Below are positions 46,893-55,026 of a stretch of 55,230 nucleotides of DNA, piece by piece. Made by a program: the position numbers and the translations under genes. The stretch is taken from IMG/VR virus record IMGVR_UViG_3300042397_000935, positions 1-55,230 of that record. One strand, written 5' to 3'. The DNA is from a virus (lineage: Duplodnaviria > Caudoviricetes). Under the pieces are notes generated by a model, which saw only the letters and a program-made list of their open reading frames with translations, was not told the origin of the DNA and made no database searches. Numbering within the stretch: the stretch's first letter is position 1; the number at the start of each line of letters is the position of its first letter.

Positions 46893-47069
46893 TTATTTTT
46901 TCATTCGTGGAGGAGGTAGTTTCTCTACGTAGGCAAAGGAAACATCAAAGAAGAACTCGATATGGGCAAGACAATATTCTCGCAGTTCCTCTGGACTCAC
47001 ACCAGTCTTCTTGATGTAATTCATGTGAGCAGCTTCGTGCACATCATGAGGGAAGTACCAATCGTTCAT
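46893..47069 (-). CDS. Small protein, 58 aa (not in ORF track)
   Basis: MNDWYFPHDVHEAAHMNYIKK...PPPRMKK*; AAGGA RBS. Confidence 0.65.
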   Translation of the reverse strand: MNDWYFPHDVHEAAHMNYIKKTGVSPEELREYCLAHIEFFFDVSFAYVEKLPPPRMKK

Positions 47070-47134
47070 TGATTCCAGTCCTTATCATCTTTAAACAAAC
47101 GGTTAATAATTCGGTTAATAATACAACGAATCAT
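47066..47134 (-). CDS. Possible 22-aa micropeptide
   Basis: MIRCIINRIINRLFKDDKDWNQ*; AAAGGA RBS; ATGA overlap with the next ORF. Confidence 0.45.
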   Translation of the reverse strand: MIRCIINRIINRLFKDDKDWNQ

Positions 47135-47149
47135 TTGCTTTCCTTTGAA

Positions 47150-47332
47150 TTAAAACGTTATATCAGTTTTAAAGTCCATATCGATACGACGGGTTGCTTT
47201 GACACGGTGCCAGTTAGCATCAAACTTGGCAGATTTAAGGCTGCGATACGTACCCCATACAGATCCGTCATCCTTTGCAATGACCCAGGTTGTCATGCGG
47301 GAGTAACGTAGTTTGTATCTAAAGATATTCAT
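47150..47332 (-). CDS. Hypothetical small early protein
   Basis: 60-aa ORF downstream of an early promoter. Confidence 0.55.
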   Translation of the reverse strand: MNIFRYKLRYSRMTTWVIAKDDGSVWGTYRSLKSAKFDANWHRVKATRRIDMDFKTDITF

Positions 47333-47368
47333 TGTTGTATTATAATCCTATTCACTATTGGTATTACC

Positions 47369-47407
47369 ATTATACACTATTTTGAATTAATGTACACAGT
47401 TTTTTTC
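47369..47407 (-). promoter_or_regulatory. Early-type promoter
   Basis: A-tract-CTG-TGTACA-N16-TATAAT. Confidence 0.72.
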
Positions 47408-47581
47408 AATCCATTCATCACGGAAGTCTTCGTAAAGAAATCCAGCTTCAGCAGCTTCGATAACGTCATCGCCGTTACAGATAGGCCAATCCATATTTGT
47501 ATTTTCCATGATATACTCCATATACTTTTCGTACATGTCATCGTGGGTTTCAAAGAGTTCGTCAAATTGGTCATTAGTCAT
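47387..47581 (-). CDS. Small acidic protein
   Basis: 64 aa, D/E-rich; AGGA RBS. Confidence 0.72.
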   Translation of the reverse strand: MTNDQFDELFETHDDMYEKYMEYIMENTNMDWPICNGDDVIEAAEAGFLYEDFRDEWIEKNCVH

Positions 47582-47601
47582 AATATATTTCCTATTTTTT
47601 A

Positions 47602-47787
47602 TTAAAGGTAGTTTTCGGTTTTAAATTGGTCGAGGGTTTCGGGAGTGGTGAAGGTGATGGTAATTTCGGGATTTCCGGATGGGGTATCGGAGTTATAGTT
47701 AATGTTGGTAATGTGTGGATAGTAAGGTACGAGTGTTTCGAAAATGTTGTGGTTATAATCGAAATCGAAGGTGATGGTGTTAGTCAA
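47602..47787 (-). CDS. 61-aa early protein with G-depleted coding strand (TTG start)
   Basis: AAGGAG 7 nt before TTG 47787; MTNTITFDFDYNHNIFE...GNPEITITF...ENYL*. Confidence 0.72.
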   Translation of the reverse strand: MTNTITFDFDYNHNIFETLVPYYPHITNINYNSDTPSGNPEITITFTTPETLDQFKTENYL

Positions 47788-47813
47788 TGTTTTTCTCCTT
47801 AGCTTATTATCCC

Positions 47814-47842
47814 AGTATACTTTGTTTTTAAAATAATGTACA
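47814..47842 (-). promoter_or_regulatory. Early-type promoter
   Basis: TGTACA-N17-TATACT; leader ATAATAAGCTAAGGAGA identical to the one at ~46500. Confidence 0.72.
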
Positions 47843-47852
47843 TCAAAAAGTG

Positions 47853-47880
47853 AAAAAAAATGCGACCGAAGCCGCATTTT
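47853..47880 (-). terminator. Intrinsic terminator with C(UUCG)G tetraloop
   Basis: Minus strand ATGCGGC-TTCG-GTCGCAT with a T8 run, right after the exonuclease stop. Confidence 0.88.
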
Positions 47881-47881
47881 C

Positions 47882-48565
47882 TTATTGGTCATGATAGGCT
47901 CGACAAAGAGCCGCTGCTTTCCCAAGGTACTCTCGAGGCTTGACGATAAAGACCTGAGGATGTGTTTCCTCCTCAACGGCTATAATGACGACACACTGTT
48001 TGGCCATCATGCCAGTCATCTCCCATAACATGTACGAGTAGAGAACCGTCTGTAGGAAGTAGGATTCAATCCATTCCCTCATCTTGTTCTTAGACGATGT
48101 CTTGTAGTCAATGATCGATAGTACACCATCATACAATGCAATCAAGTCACAAGATCCAGCAATCTTAAGTTCATCGGATACCAGTGTCAACTCACATCCT
48201 ACGATGTCATCAACATGTTCATCTAAGACCTTCTTGATCTGATTGAACATGTAAGCATTGAAAGGCATACTAAGGTCCACATCCTCACCACGAACATAGC
48301 TTTCGCACATGTTGTGGACGTTAGTACCTCGTGTAGCAGCCAACCGACTAACTCGATCAGCTTCTTCATCACCTACCCGTGCACGCCACTCATCAAGACC
48401 GGACTTATCCAGCATCTTGCCGAGGACAGTCGTGACTGACGGATAGCTTCCATTAGGAGTTACATAGTGACGGATACCGTTGATCTCCTCCCGTGGGAAG
48501 TGATCGAATTCATCCTGATACCAAGTGAATTCTTTAGGGTTGGAGACCGAGTTTTTGACGAGCAA
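47882..48565 (-). CDS. PD-(D/E)xK (Cas4-like) exonuclease
   Basis: YPSVTTVL, RGTNVH, AGSCDLI, IIDYKTS, YFLQ; adjacent to phoH as in T4-like phages. Confidence 0.87.
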   Translation of the reverse strand: MLVKNSVSNPKEFTWYQDEFDHFPREEINGIRHYVTPNGSYPSVTTVLGKMLDKSGLDEWRARVGDEEADRVSRLAATRGTNVHNMCESYVRGEDVDLSMPFNAYMFNQIKKVLDEHVDDIVGCELTLVSDELKIAGSCDLIALYDGVLSIIDYKTSSKNKMREWIESYFLQTVLYSYMLWEMTGMMAKQCVVIIAVEEETHPQVFIVKPREYLGKAAALCRAYHDQ

Positions 48566-49286
48566 TTATATATTCCTTCACTAGCTTCGAACGAACAATA
48601 TCCTGTTCGAGGAAGTCAACATGTACAAAATCATTCAACCGGCCTAAGACTCTCATGAAGTCTTTCAGCCCGTTGCGTTCTTGGTCCTTCGTAAGATCTG
48701 ACTGGCGGAAGTCACCACAGAATAATACTCTACAACCTTTACCAATACGTGTAATAACCGAATCGAGTTCGTGGAAGGTCATGTTGTTGACCTCATCCAC
48801 AATCACATAACAGTTATTCATGGTGATGCCACGAATAAACGACGTCGAGATAAACTCAATCGCATTCTTCTGTTTGAGGATCTCATACGCATCAGACCGA
48901 TCAAACAGTTCGGTACAGATAGCATAATAAGGTGCCTCGTAGACCTTCATCTTTTCTTTCTGGTTGCCCGGAAGGAAGCCCATATCACGTGTTGGTACTA
49001 CCGATCTTACTACATAAATCTTATTTTGTACACCTCTATTTGACATCAAAGCCTCAATAGATTTATACAATGCAAGGAATGTTTTGCCGGTACCAGCCAT
49101 ACCATGCAACATCAAATGTTTCCCATCATCAAACGCATCAAAGGCAATTTGTTGATTTTCAGTAAGTGGATTAACATTCTTTAGATTAAAGTTTTGAGTC
49201 TTGAATGTTAGTCCATCTTGGATATCACCATTCTGTCTGGCGATTCTTTTTTCTCTTTTTGTTAAACGAGGCTGGCTGTGTTCCAC
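48534..49286 (-). CDS. phoH: PhoH-family ATPase
   Basis: GMAGTGKT, RDMGFLPG, SFIRG, IVDE, ITRIG, CGDFRQSDL, DIVRS. Confidence 0.95.
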   Translation of the reverse strand: MEHSQPRLTKREKRIARQNGDIQDGLTFKTQNFNLKNVNPLTENQQIAFDAFDDGKHLMLHGMAGTGKTFLALYKSIEALMSNRGVQNKIYVVRSVVPTRDMGFLPGNQKEKMKVYEAPYYAICTELFDRSDAYEILKQKNAIEFISTSFIRGITMNNCYVIVDEVNNMTFHELDSVITRIGKGCRVLFCGDFRQSDLTKDQERNGLKDFMRVLGRLNDFVHVDFLEQDIVRSKLVKEYIIARQKLGLQP

Positions 49287-49289
49287 AAG

Positions 49290-49583
49290 TTATCCCTTGC
49301 TTTTATGTTTATTGACGATCTCACGAGTTTTAGATGCCTTGACACCTTTATCGCCGTGAGTCTGCGCGAGTGGAGAGTGAGGGTTTGCCTGAGCGATCCT
49401 GCTTAGTACATCACCAAACCCACTATCCGTCTTTACTCGATCACCAGAATTGCCGATGATCGAAATAGAATAGACCGGATTGATAGTAGGATTCTCAGCC
49501 AAGTATGTCTTATACTCATCATAAGACATCACGTCTTCCCACTTCTCACCGGTCTCTGTATCTACAAACTCGTATAATGGCAT
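49290..49583 (-). CDS. Conserved T4-like protein (FmdB-like N-terminus lacking Cys)
   Basis: MPLYEFVDTETGE...NP...GFGDVLSRI. Confidence 0.72.
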   Translation of the reverse strand: MPLYEFVDTETGEKWEDVMSYDEYKTYLAENPTINPVYSISIIGNSGDRVKTDSGFGDVLSRIAQANPHSPLAQTHGDKGVKASKTREIVNKHKSKG

Positions 49584-49744
49584 TAATACTCTTCTTCTAG
49601 TTGAAGCAATGCCTCAGCATTCTTAGATCTAAGAGCTGAAACCAGTTTCTTTTGTTGAAGACGTGTGCGATGTTCTTCATACATTGGTCGGCTCTCGACC
49701 TCATCACTAATATACTTATTATTACGTTTAGTCGACTTGCTCAT
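49583..49744 (-). CDS. Small protein, 53 aa (not in ORF track)
   Basis: MSKSTKRNNK...LVSALRSKN...EEEY*; overlap-coupled at both ends. Confidence 0.68.
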   Translation of the reverse strand: MSKSTKRNNKYISDEVESRPMYEEHRTRLQQKKLVSALRSKNAEALLQLEEEY

Positions 49745-50154
49745 ACTGGGATCAGTCCTGGGAATGCAAGGTTGATAGTATCAACATCCAGATCGGTAAC
49801 CTTTCTGTCTTTGACAGCAATAAGGAGTTGTGCGTCCTTAGGATACAAGGATTCAAGCAGACCGATAAACAACATCTCACGCTTGACCTTACCAAGCTCG
49901 GGGTTATTGCCGAGAAGATACATAGGCAACGTTCGGGCTTCCTGGTACAATCGACCTTCTTGGTCTAGATATGAAGTAGGCTTGTACGGAGGTGCACCTT
50001 CTGGGAGTTCCCATTTGACACCAGGATAAAATGCCAGTTCCAAGATATAACGAAGCGTCTCGCTGTCGTGATCACGCAGGTACTGTGCCTTTTTCTCTTG
50101 TGTCTTGAGTTTGCCGGCTTTCTCGATGATTTGTGAAATAGCTAATGTTACCAT
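49741..50154 (-). CDS. Conserved T4-like hypothetical protein
   Basis: LPEGAPPYKP, KREMLFIGLLESL...AFPGL; follows rnh. Confidence 0.78.
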   Translation of the reverse strand: MVTLAISQIIEKAGKLKTQEKKAQYLRDHDSETLRYILELAFYPGVKWELPEGAPPYKPTSYLDQEGRLYQEARTLPMYLLGNNPELGKVKREMLFIGLLESLYPKDAQLLIAVKDRKVTDLDVDTINLAFPGLIPV

Positions 50155-50155
50155 A

Positions 50156-51007
50156 TTAAAACTCGTTAATGCTTTCGATTAAGTTCTTCAACTTCTTCTC
50201 AATGAAATAGTTGAACAGGTTTTTGCGATCCTTGCCGGCCTGCGCTTCATACTCTACTATGATATCGTCTTGGATATTCTGAGGAATGAATGTGAGGTCT
50301 ACAAGTTGTTGATTGCGACGATAGCCACGTAGCATACGTTCGTCACAAAATTCTTCTGGTTTTTGATTTACCCATACGTCCAGTTTCTTGGTGGCTACAG
50401 GTTTCTGACGTTCACCTACAACCAGACAGTTGTCTGATGACAGGAAGTTAGGGATACCGTCACCGATATCACCACGCATAATGTGTTCCTTGATGAACCG
50501 ATCAGGATCGTTGGTGGTACGGAACTTCTTCTGTACAGGGTCGAACTGCTTGACGTTGTTGTAACGTTGAAGCTGGACAAAGTCCTTGTCGCCCGAGAGT
50601 ACCAGGATCTTCTCGCTTGTGTCACCATACTTCATGACGAGTGCACCGATGATGTCATCTGCCTCTGCGCCATCAACCTGTACAACACGGTAAGGGAAGA
50701 ATGCCTTGAGTTCGTCACGGATCTTGTGCAGTGCATCAAAGATCTGAGTCCAGTTAAGCTCAGACTTCTCACGAGACTTCTTGCGGTTTGCTTTGTAGTA
50801 TGGGAAGATGTCACGGCGCCAGAACTTACGGTCATCACATGCGATGATCATCTCACCATACTCGTCCTTGAACTTCATGTTATAGGAACGGATAGAGTTA
50901 AGGATCATGTGCCGAAGAAGATCTTCTTCGACTTCGGTGTTGGTATGATTACCAAGCTGCATCATTAAATTAGAAATCATTACTTGTGAAAGGTCAACAA
51001 TTATCAT
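50156..51007 (-). CDS. rnh: T4-type RNase H (5'-3' exonuclease)
   Basis: WRRDIFPYYKANR, EADDIIG, SGDKDFVQLQ, GDIGDGIPN, RNQQLVDL. Confidence 0.95.
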   Translation of the reverse strand: MIIVDLSQVMISNLMMQLGNHTNTEVEEDLLRHMILNSIRSYNMKFKDEYGEMIIACDDRKFWRRDIFPYYKANRKKSREKSELNWTQIFDALHKIRDELKAFFPYRVVQVDGAEADDIIGALVMKYGDTSEKILVLSGDKDFVQLQRYNNVKQFDPVQKKFRTTNDPDRFIKEHIMRGDIGDGIPNFLSSDNCLVVGERQKPVATKKLDVWVNQKPEEFCDERMLRGYRRNQQLVDLTFIPQNIQDDIIVEYEAQAGKDRKNLFNYFIEKKLKNLIESINEF

Positions 51008-51024
51008 ATCAAATTAAAGAGTAT

Positions 51025-51381
51025 TCACTCTTCCTCCATGTCAGACGGTATTGTATACTTATAAGATACCGTTTCATCGTCATTATAATTAAACTCAAAA
51101 ACACTCTCAACCATCTCGTGGAAAGGATGTTCTATATTCATGTATTTATATAGCAGTGACTTAGTTGATTCTACTATCATCGAAACATCTTTGATGTATT
51201 CATGCTGATCTACATCAATTCCATTGGCCATGAACAAACCAATTAGCTGTGGAATCATACTAGATGCAACTTCATCAGCATGTTCGTGCCGCATGCGCTC
51301 CATGTCAGCTATCATATCGTCGAGCGACTGCGGCGGCGTATTCATCTTTTCTTTAGGAAACCGGATTACGTTGTCTGTCAC
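51025..51381 (-). CDS. Hypothetical protein
   Basis: MTDNVIRFPK..., HPFH motif; in operon. Confidence 0.72.
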   Translation of the reverse strand: MTDNVIRFPKEKMNTPPQSLDDMIADMERMRHEHADEVASSMIPQLIGLFMANGIDVDQHEYIKDVSMIVESTKSLLYKYMNIEHPFHEMVESVFEFNYNDDETVSYKYTIPSDMEEE

Positions 51382-52454
51382 TTAATAACCCTTAGTAGAA
51401 TTGTTTGTTCGTTGAGGCGGCCGTTCGGCTTCGACGAAGTAGTCTTAAGACCTTCCATGAAGGACCTAATTGCCACTTTGCCGGCTGACAGTAGTGATTG
51501 GATTGATTCGTCCGGTTTGCGAAGACTCTTGGAGATGCTTGTTTCCACATCCCATCCGAGCAATGTAGTTCCCTTGATCTGGATACCAGCCGGACCGACT
51601 GCCAGATACTTGGTTAACTTCTTGTACTTGGTGTTGTACACCCATAATTGACTACATCCTACAATCTCAGCAGGGTGAACAGACACAACTTTAAGTGCCT
51701 TGTCTTCCTTCTGAAACTTCAAGTTCTTGACGATATCAACGGCCGACTTGACCTTCTTCTCACGTGGCTTGCGGACCTTGACTGCCTTCTTATTATTTAT
51801 AAAGCGATCAACAAGAAGGATAAAGTTTTCCCAATACTTTTTAAGATCTTCACGAGCTTTCTTCATCTCACGAGTATCGAACTCGTCTGGTTCGTGGTCG
51901 CCAAGACCTTTAGCATAGAAGTCACGGATAGCCGATGCTGCCTGAGCAGTTGCTTCCTTGCCAACCAGCCATTCATAGATGTCAAGCTTAGGGTCTGCAT
52001 CAATAGCTTCTTCACACTCTGTAATGAGCTGATAAATCTTGGCTTGTACACGATCTTGAATGCTGACCACTGTCTTAGGTTCGTCATTGGTTTCATCGCG
52101 AAGCGCACTGGCCTCCCTCAAGAGCGCCTGGACACTGTTATTAAAGTAGTCTAGGTTCGCCTGAGGGAGTATATTGCCATTGAGCATGATACGTGCTACG
52201 TTTCCAATGGTCTTTGAGATCTTCCACTTTGGAAGTTTACGCAAGAGAGCAACATCATTCTTGCTGAAGTTCTTCTTGACATATTGGAAGAACCACTCAC
52301 GCGACTGATCGTCGCTTGCCATGTAGTTGTACCAGTTCAATGCATCACCGAGTTTGATGATTGCAATAGGTTCTGAACCATAAGCCTTATCATCGATCGA
52401 CTTGATAGCCGTCCGAGATATTTGTTTTGGTTTAGTTTTAACCTTGATAGCCAT
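51378..52454 (-). CDS. Conserved T4-like hypothetical protein
   Basis: ALNWYNY, LWVYNTKYKKL, IKGTTL, LRKP, NGRLN. Confidence 0.8.
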   Translation of the reverse strand: MAIKVKTKPKQISRTAIKSIDDKAYGSEPIAIIKLGDALNWYNYMASDDQSREWFFQYVKKNFSKNDVALLRKLPKWKISKTIGNVARIMLNGNILPQANLDYFNNSVQALLREASALRDETNDEPKTVVSIQDRVQAKIYQLITECEEAIDADPKLDIYEWLVGKEATAQAASAIRDFYAKGLGDHEPDEFDTREMKKAREDLKKYWENFILLVDRFINNKKAVKVRKPREKKVKSAVDIVKNLKFQKEDKALKVVSVHPAEIVGCSQLWVYNTKYKKLTKYLAVGPAGIQIKGTTLLGWDVETSISKSLRKPDESIQSLLSAGKVAIRSFMEGLKTTSSKPNGRLNEQTILLRVIK

Positions 52455-52486
52455 GTGTGTTATTCCTTAGCAGTGTTGATATTATC

Positions 52487-52525
52487 ATCTTACTATAGTT
52501 TTTATAATTTGTACACAACTATTTT
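52487..52525 (-). promoter_or_regulatory. Early-type promoter
   Basis: AAAATAGTTG-TGTACA-N17-TAAGAT. Confidence 0.72.
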
Positions 52526-53478
52526 TTCGGTGCCTTCAATGAAGCAATCAGGCCTTTCCATTTTGGCATGATTGTCTGCCATGAAAAGCGTGTATCTGCA
52601 TACGTCTTGATGAATCCAAGAAGACTAGTCAGATCATTGTTCTGTACATTCTCAATAGCATACATCAGCGTATGAGCAAAGATGTTTGCATGGAGATTCA
52701 TATCTTCATGATCACCATCATACTGCACAGTTAATCCACCGGATGTTTCTGTCAATGCAGCAAAGTTAGGATGGACTGCAAGACAACCAGCCGACATGGC
52801 TTCAATCAAACAACGGCATGATGTTTCAGGCCAGATAGATGGATACGCAAAGATGTGAGCACGTTGATATGCTGCACGGACCGTTTCCTGATCTGCCCAA
52901 CCATGATAGTTGATCTGAGGATGGTTACGGCACATTTCAAACAACGGCTCGTATTGCTTATCACGATCTTCCCAGTTGCTACCATAGATACCAAACGACG
53001 AGAACACGTCTAGTTCAATATTAGGATATTTCTCAGCAAGTGCAATAAAGACAGGTACCAAGATCTCAAGGCCACGGTGTGGCGTTGACGTATAAATCAG
53101 ACGGATCTTATCCTTTGGTTTATCAACTAAAGGAATCGGATCGATACCATTTTCAATTACACAAGATTGATGGCTATATGGAATGCCTAGATAGTCACGG
53201 TATTGCTGATATTGCCAGTTAGAAACAAAAACAAGCTTATCAAAACGTTCACGGCTTTCTAACTCCATAAGATGTGAAGCTTCCGGATCGCCAGCAAGAT
53301 CGTGCAAGTGATAGATCTTAATGCGGTTATCATCTAGTTCACGAACGCGTGACGTAACAATCTGTACGCCTTCAAGTTCTTCTCTTGTAAGATGCTTATA
53401 GATTCCACGAGTGGTGAGTTCTGTACCGCCGTTAGACTCTTTATTTAGTTCGTTCAATTCAATTAAATCTTCATTCAT
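52519..53478 (-). CDS. GT4-like glycosyltransferase
   Basis: GGTE, FVSNWQ, YTSTPHRGL, ETSCRCLIEAMSAG (E-x7-E). Confidence 0.87.
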   Translation of the reverse strand: MNEDLIELNELNKESNGGTELTTRGIYKHLTREELEGVQIVTSRVRELDDNRIKIYHLHDLAGDPEASHLMELESRERFDKLVFVSNWQYQQYRDYLGIPYSHQSCVIENGIDPIPLVDKPKDKIRLIYTSTPHRGLEILVPVFIALAEKYPNIELDVFSSFGIYGSNWEDRDKQYEPLFEMCRNHPQINYHGWADQETVRAAYQRAHIFAYPSIWPETSCRCLIEAMSAGCLAVHPNFAALTETSGGLTVQYDGDHEDMNLHANIFAHTLMYAIENVQNNDLTSLLGFIKTYADTRFSWQTIMPKWKGLIASLKAPKK

Positions 53479-53499
53479 AGTGTTAACACCCCTTTGTTA

Positions 53500-53850
53500 T
53501 CACGCTACCCATTCCCTCTCGGAGAACCCGATGATCGAGTCATACCGGAACGAACGCCATCCTTGTGCTTCAAGATCCCACACTGCCAGAACATCTGGGT
53601 TTGGAGTCTTTTTCTGTACTGCTTCTTCAAGATCAGTTTGAGCCGGAAGTAAATTTGCATTTAATGTGCAAACCATTGTACGCTCTGTACCATCTTTCTT
53701 TATAAAAACAACACTCAAAACTGAAGCCTTTAATGTTGTTTTAAGGTACTCATTCCGCCAGGAAGTTTCGTCCTGCGTCTGTGTTGAGCCATTCTGTAAG
53801 TTTATCGAATCCACCAATTTCATCTCCATTAATAATAATATGTGGTACAC
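53500..53850 (-). CDS. SH3/WYL-like beta-barrel protein (DUF2693-like); true start probably ~53815-53829
   Basis: FIKKDGTERTMVCTL...VWDLEAQGWRSFR. Confidence 0.78.
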   Translation of the reverse strand: MYHILLLMEMKLVDSINLQNGSTQTQDETSWRNEYLKTTLKASVLSVVFIKKDGTERTMVCTLNANLLPAQTDLEEAVQKKTPNPDVLAVWDLEAQGWRSFRYDSIIGFSEREWVA

Positions 53851-54007
53851 TTTTCACGTTAGGGAAAATAGATACAAAGTCATCGCGAGTAAGATCCTCG
53901 CCAATTTTCATTTCTTGATACTGTTTGTTTTTTAGGCTTAGAAGAGCCTTTGCTCGATCGCAGTAAGGACAGTTGGCCTTACTGTATATAATAACATTAT
54001 TGGGCAT
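53750..54007 (-). CDS. Glutaredoxin
   Basis: CPYC active site, SVPHI, IGGFD; start MPNNVIIYSK at 54007. Confidence 0.92.
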   Translation of the reverse strand: MPNNVIIYSKANCPYCDRAKALLSLKNKQYQEMKIGEDLTRDDFVSIFPNVKSVPHIIINGDEIGGFDKLTEWLNTDAGRNFLAE

Positions 54008-54266
54008 CAGACTTGCCGCCAAACAAATTAGCGTTGGTCCGTTTGTAGTCACCGTATACGTTATTAGCACGCACTTTGACAAACGGTTTGTTTGACGATG
54101 GTCCTGGAACCGTGATCCACGGGTTCTTGCCTTTGCGCCATGCCTCGATCTTATTTAGTGCCTTGTCAAACTCTGTTACTGACTGACGTACTTCTTTCAC
54201 ACCGGCAACGATATTACGGCGTTGACCCTTTGAAACAACAGTCTTACGTGTTCTTTTCTTACCCAT
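53997..54266 (-). CDS. Basic hypothetical protein
   Basis: MGKKRTR...SKGQR...AWRKGKNPWITVP; GAGG RBS. Confidence 0.75.
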   Translation of the reverse strand: MGKKRTRKTVVSKGQRRNIVAGVKEVRQSVTEFDKALNKIEAWRKGKNPWITVPGPSSNKPFVKVRANNVYGDYKRTNANLFGGKSDAQ

Positions 54267-54291
54267 TATTTGTATTCCTCACTTTTGCTTA

Positions 54292-54639
54292 TTAACTAAC
54301 TATAACACCAATTAGATATAATGTACACAAAATTATTAAGACTGTGCTAAACTTTATCGGTTTGGTTTTTTTGATTTTAATTGTTTTAGGTTTTTTTGGT
54401 TTTAAAGTTTTTTGTTTAGGAGCACTAAGACTTTTTCTAGAAACCCAACCATCTGCAGTGCGTTGTGTAAGATAACTCTTACGTTCACCAGTATTCAGAT
54501 TTGTTGTGGTTGTAACTCTTGAATACTTATTACCGCTACTAGTTGAAACTTTAGAAGATCTTTTAGGCCCTTTAAACGACTGTGTATTCGTGGTACGTGT
54601 ACCATTCTTTCCACTTTTAGTAGTTCTTTTAAACGGCAT
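54292..54639 (-). CDS. Lys/Thr/Ser-rich basic protein with C-terminal membrane anchor
   Basis: 115 aa; TAATG-coupled to the speD-like gene; hydrophobic tail. Confidence 0.65.
   Translation of the reverse strand: MPFKRTTKSGKNGTRTTNTQSFKGPKRSSKVSTSSGNKYSRVTTTTNLNTGERKSYLTQRTADGWVSRKSLSAPKQKTLKPKKPKTIKIKKTKPIKFSTVLIILCTLYLIGVIVS
54299..54327 (-). promoter_or_regulatory. Early-type promoter within the 3' end of an ORF
   Basis: GTG-context TGTACA-N17-TATAGT. Confidence 0.6.
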
Positions 54640-55025
54640 TACAATACTTTAGTATCGATGAGAGTCAGACCATGCTCTCTGTCAATATACTTATATTCAA
54701 CCTTTATAGGTTCCCATTCCTGAATAGATTCAAACACCTGATTAATATCCAGATGACTACATGTATATACATCTAGTTGCATAAGTGCCGGTTCGGCCTC
54801 ATCCCATACGTGAAGAGCAATATGACTTGTCTCGATGATGGTTACAGCAGTCAGACCCTGATTGCCTTCCATATCAGAATAGACGGCATAAGGTCCCATA
54901 AGAACGTTCATCCCGATCTTGTCAACAAGATGTTTCATCCACAACTTAATTTCGTGTGGTGAATAAGGTGGTTCTTTTAGTTCAGCTCTGACGATCAGAT
55001 GCTTATGTTCTAGTATGCTGCCCAC
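54639..55025 (-). CDS. speD: S-adenosylmethionine decarboxylase-like pyruvoyl proenzyme
   Basis: HKHLIV, GLTAVTIIETSHIALHVW (self-cleavage Ser), QLDVYTCS. Confidence 0.85.
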   Translation of the reverse strand: MGSILEHKHLIVRAELKEPPYSPHEIKLWMKHLVDKIGMNVLMGPYAVYSDMEGNQGLTAVTIIETSHIALHVWDEAEPALMQLDVYTCSHLDINQVFESIQEWEPIKVEYKYIDREHGLTLIDTKVL

Positions 55026-55026
55026 T

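Noticed and set aside
47602-47976. 124-aa version of the G-poor ORF, and the idea that it is a DGR template repeat
   Set aside because: The extension crosses a terminator and promoter. No reverse transcriptase or adenine-variant second copy is in the window.
47882-48565. Cas4-like gene as sign of a CRISPR-Cas system
   Set aside because: No array or other cas genes; this exonuclease is a usual phoH neighbour in T4-like phages
51143-51150. TATAAATA on the minus strand inside a CDS upstream of rnh
   Set aside because: Intragenic in AT-rich sequence and ahead of a replication gene; may be chance
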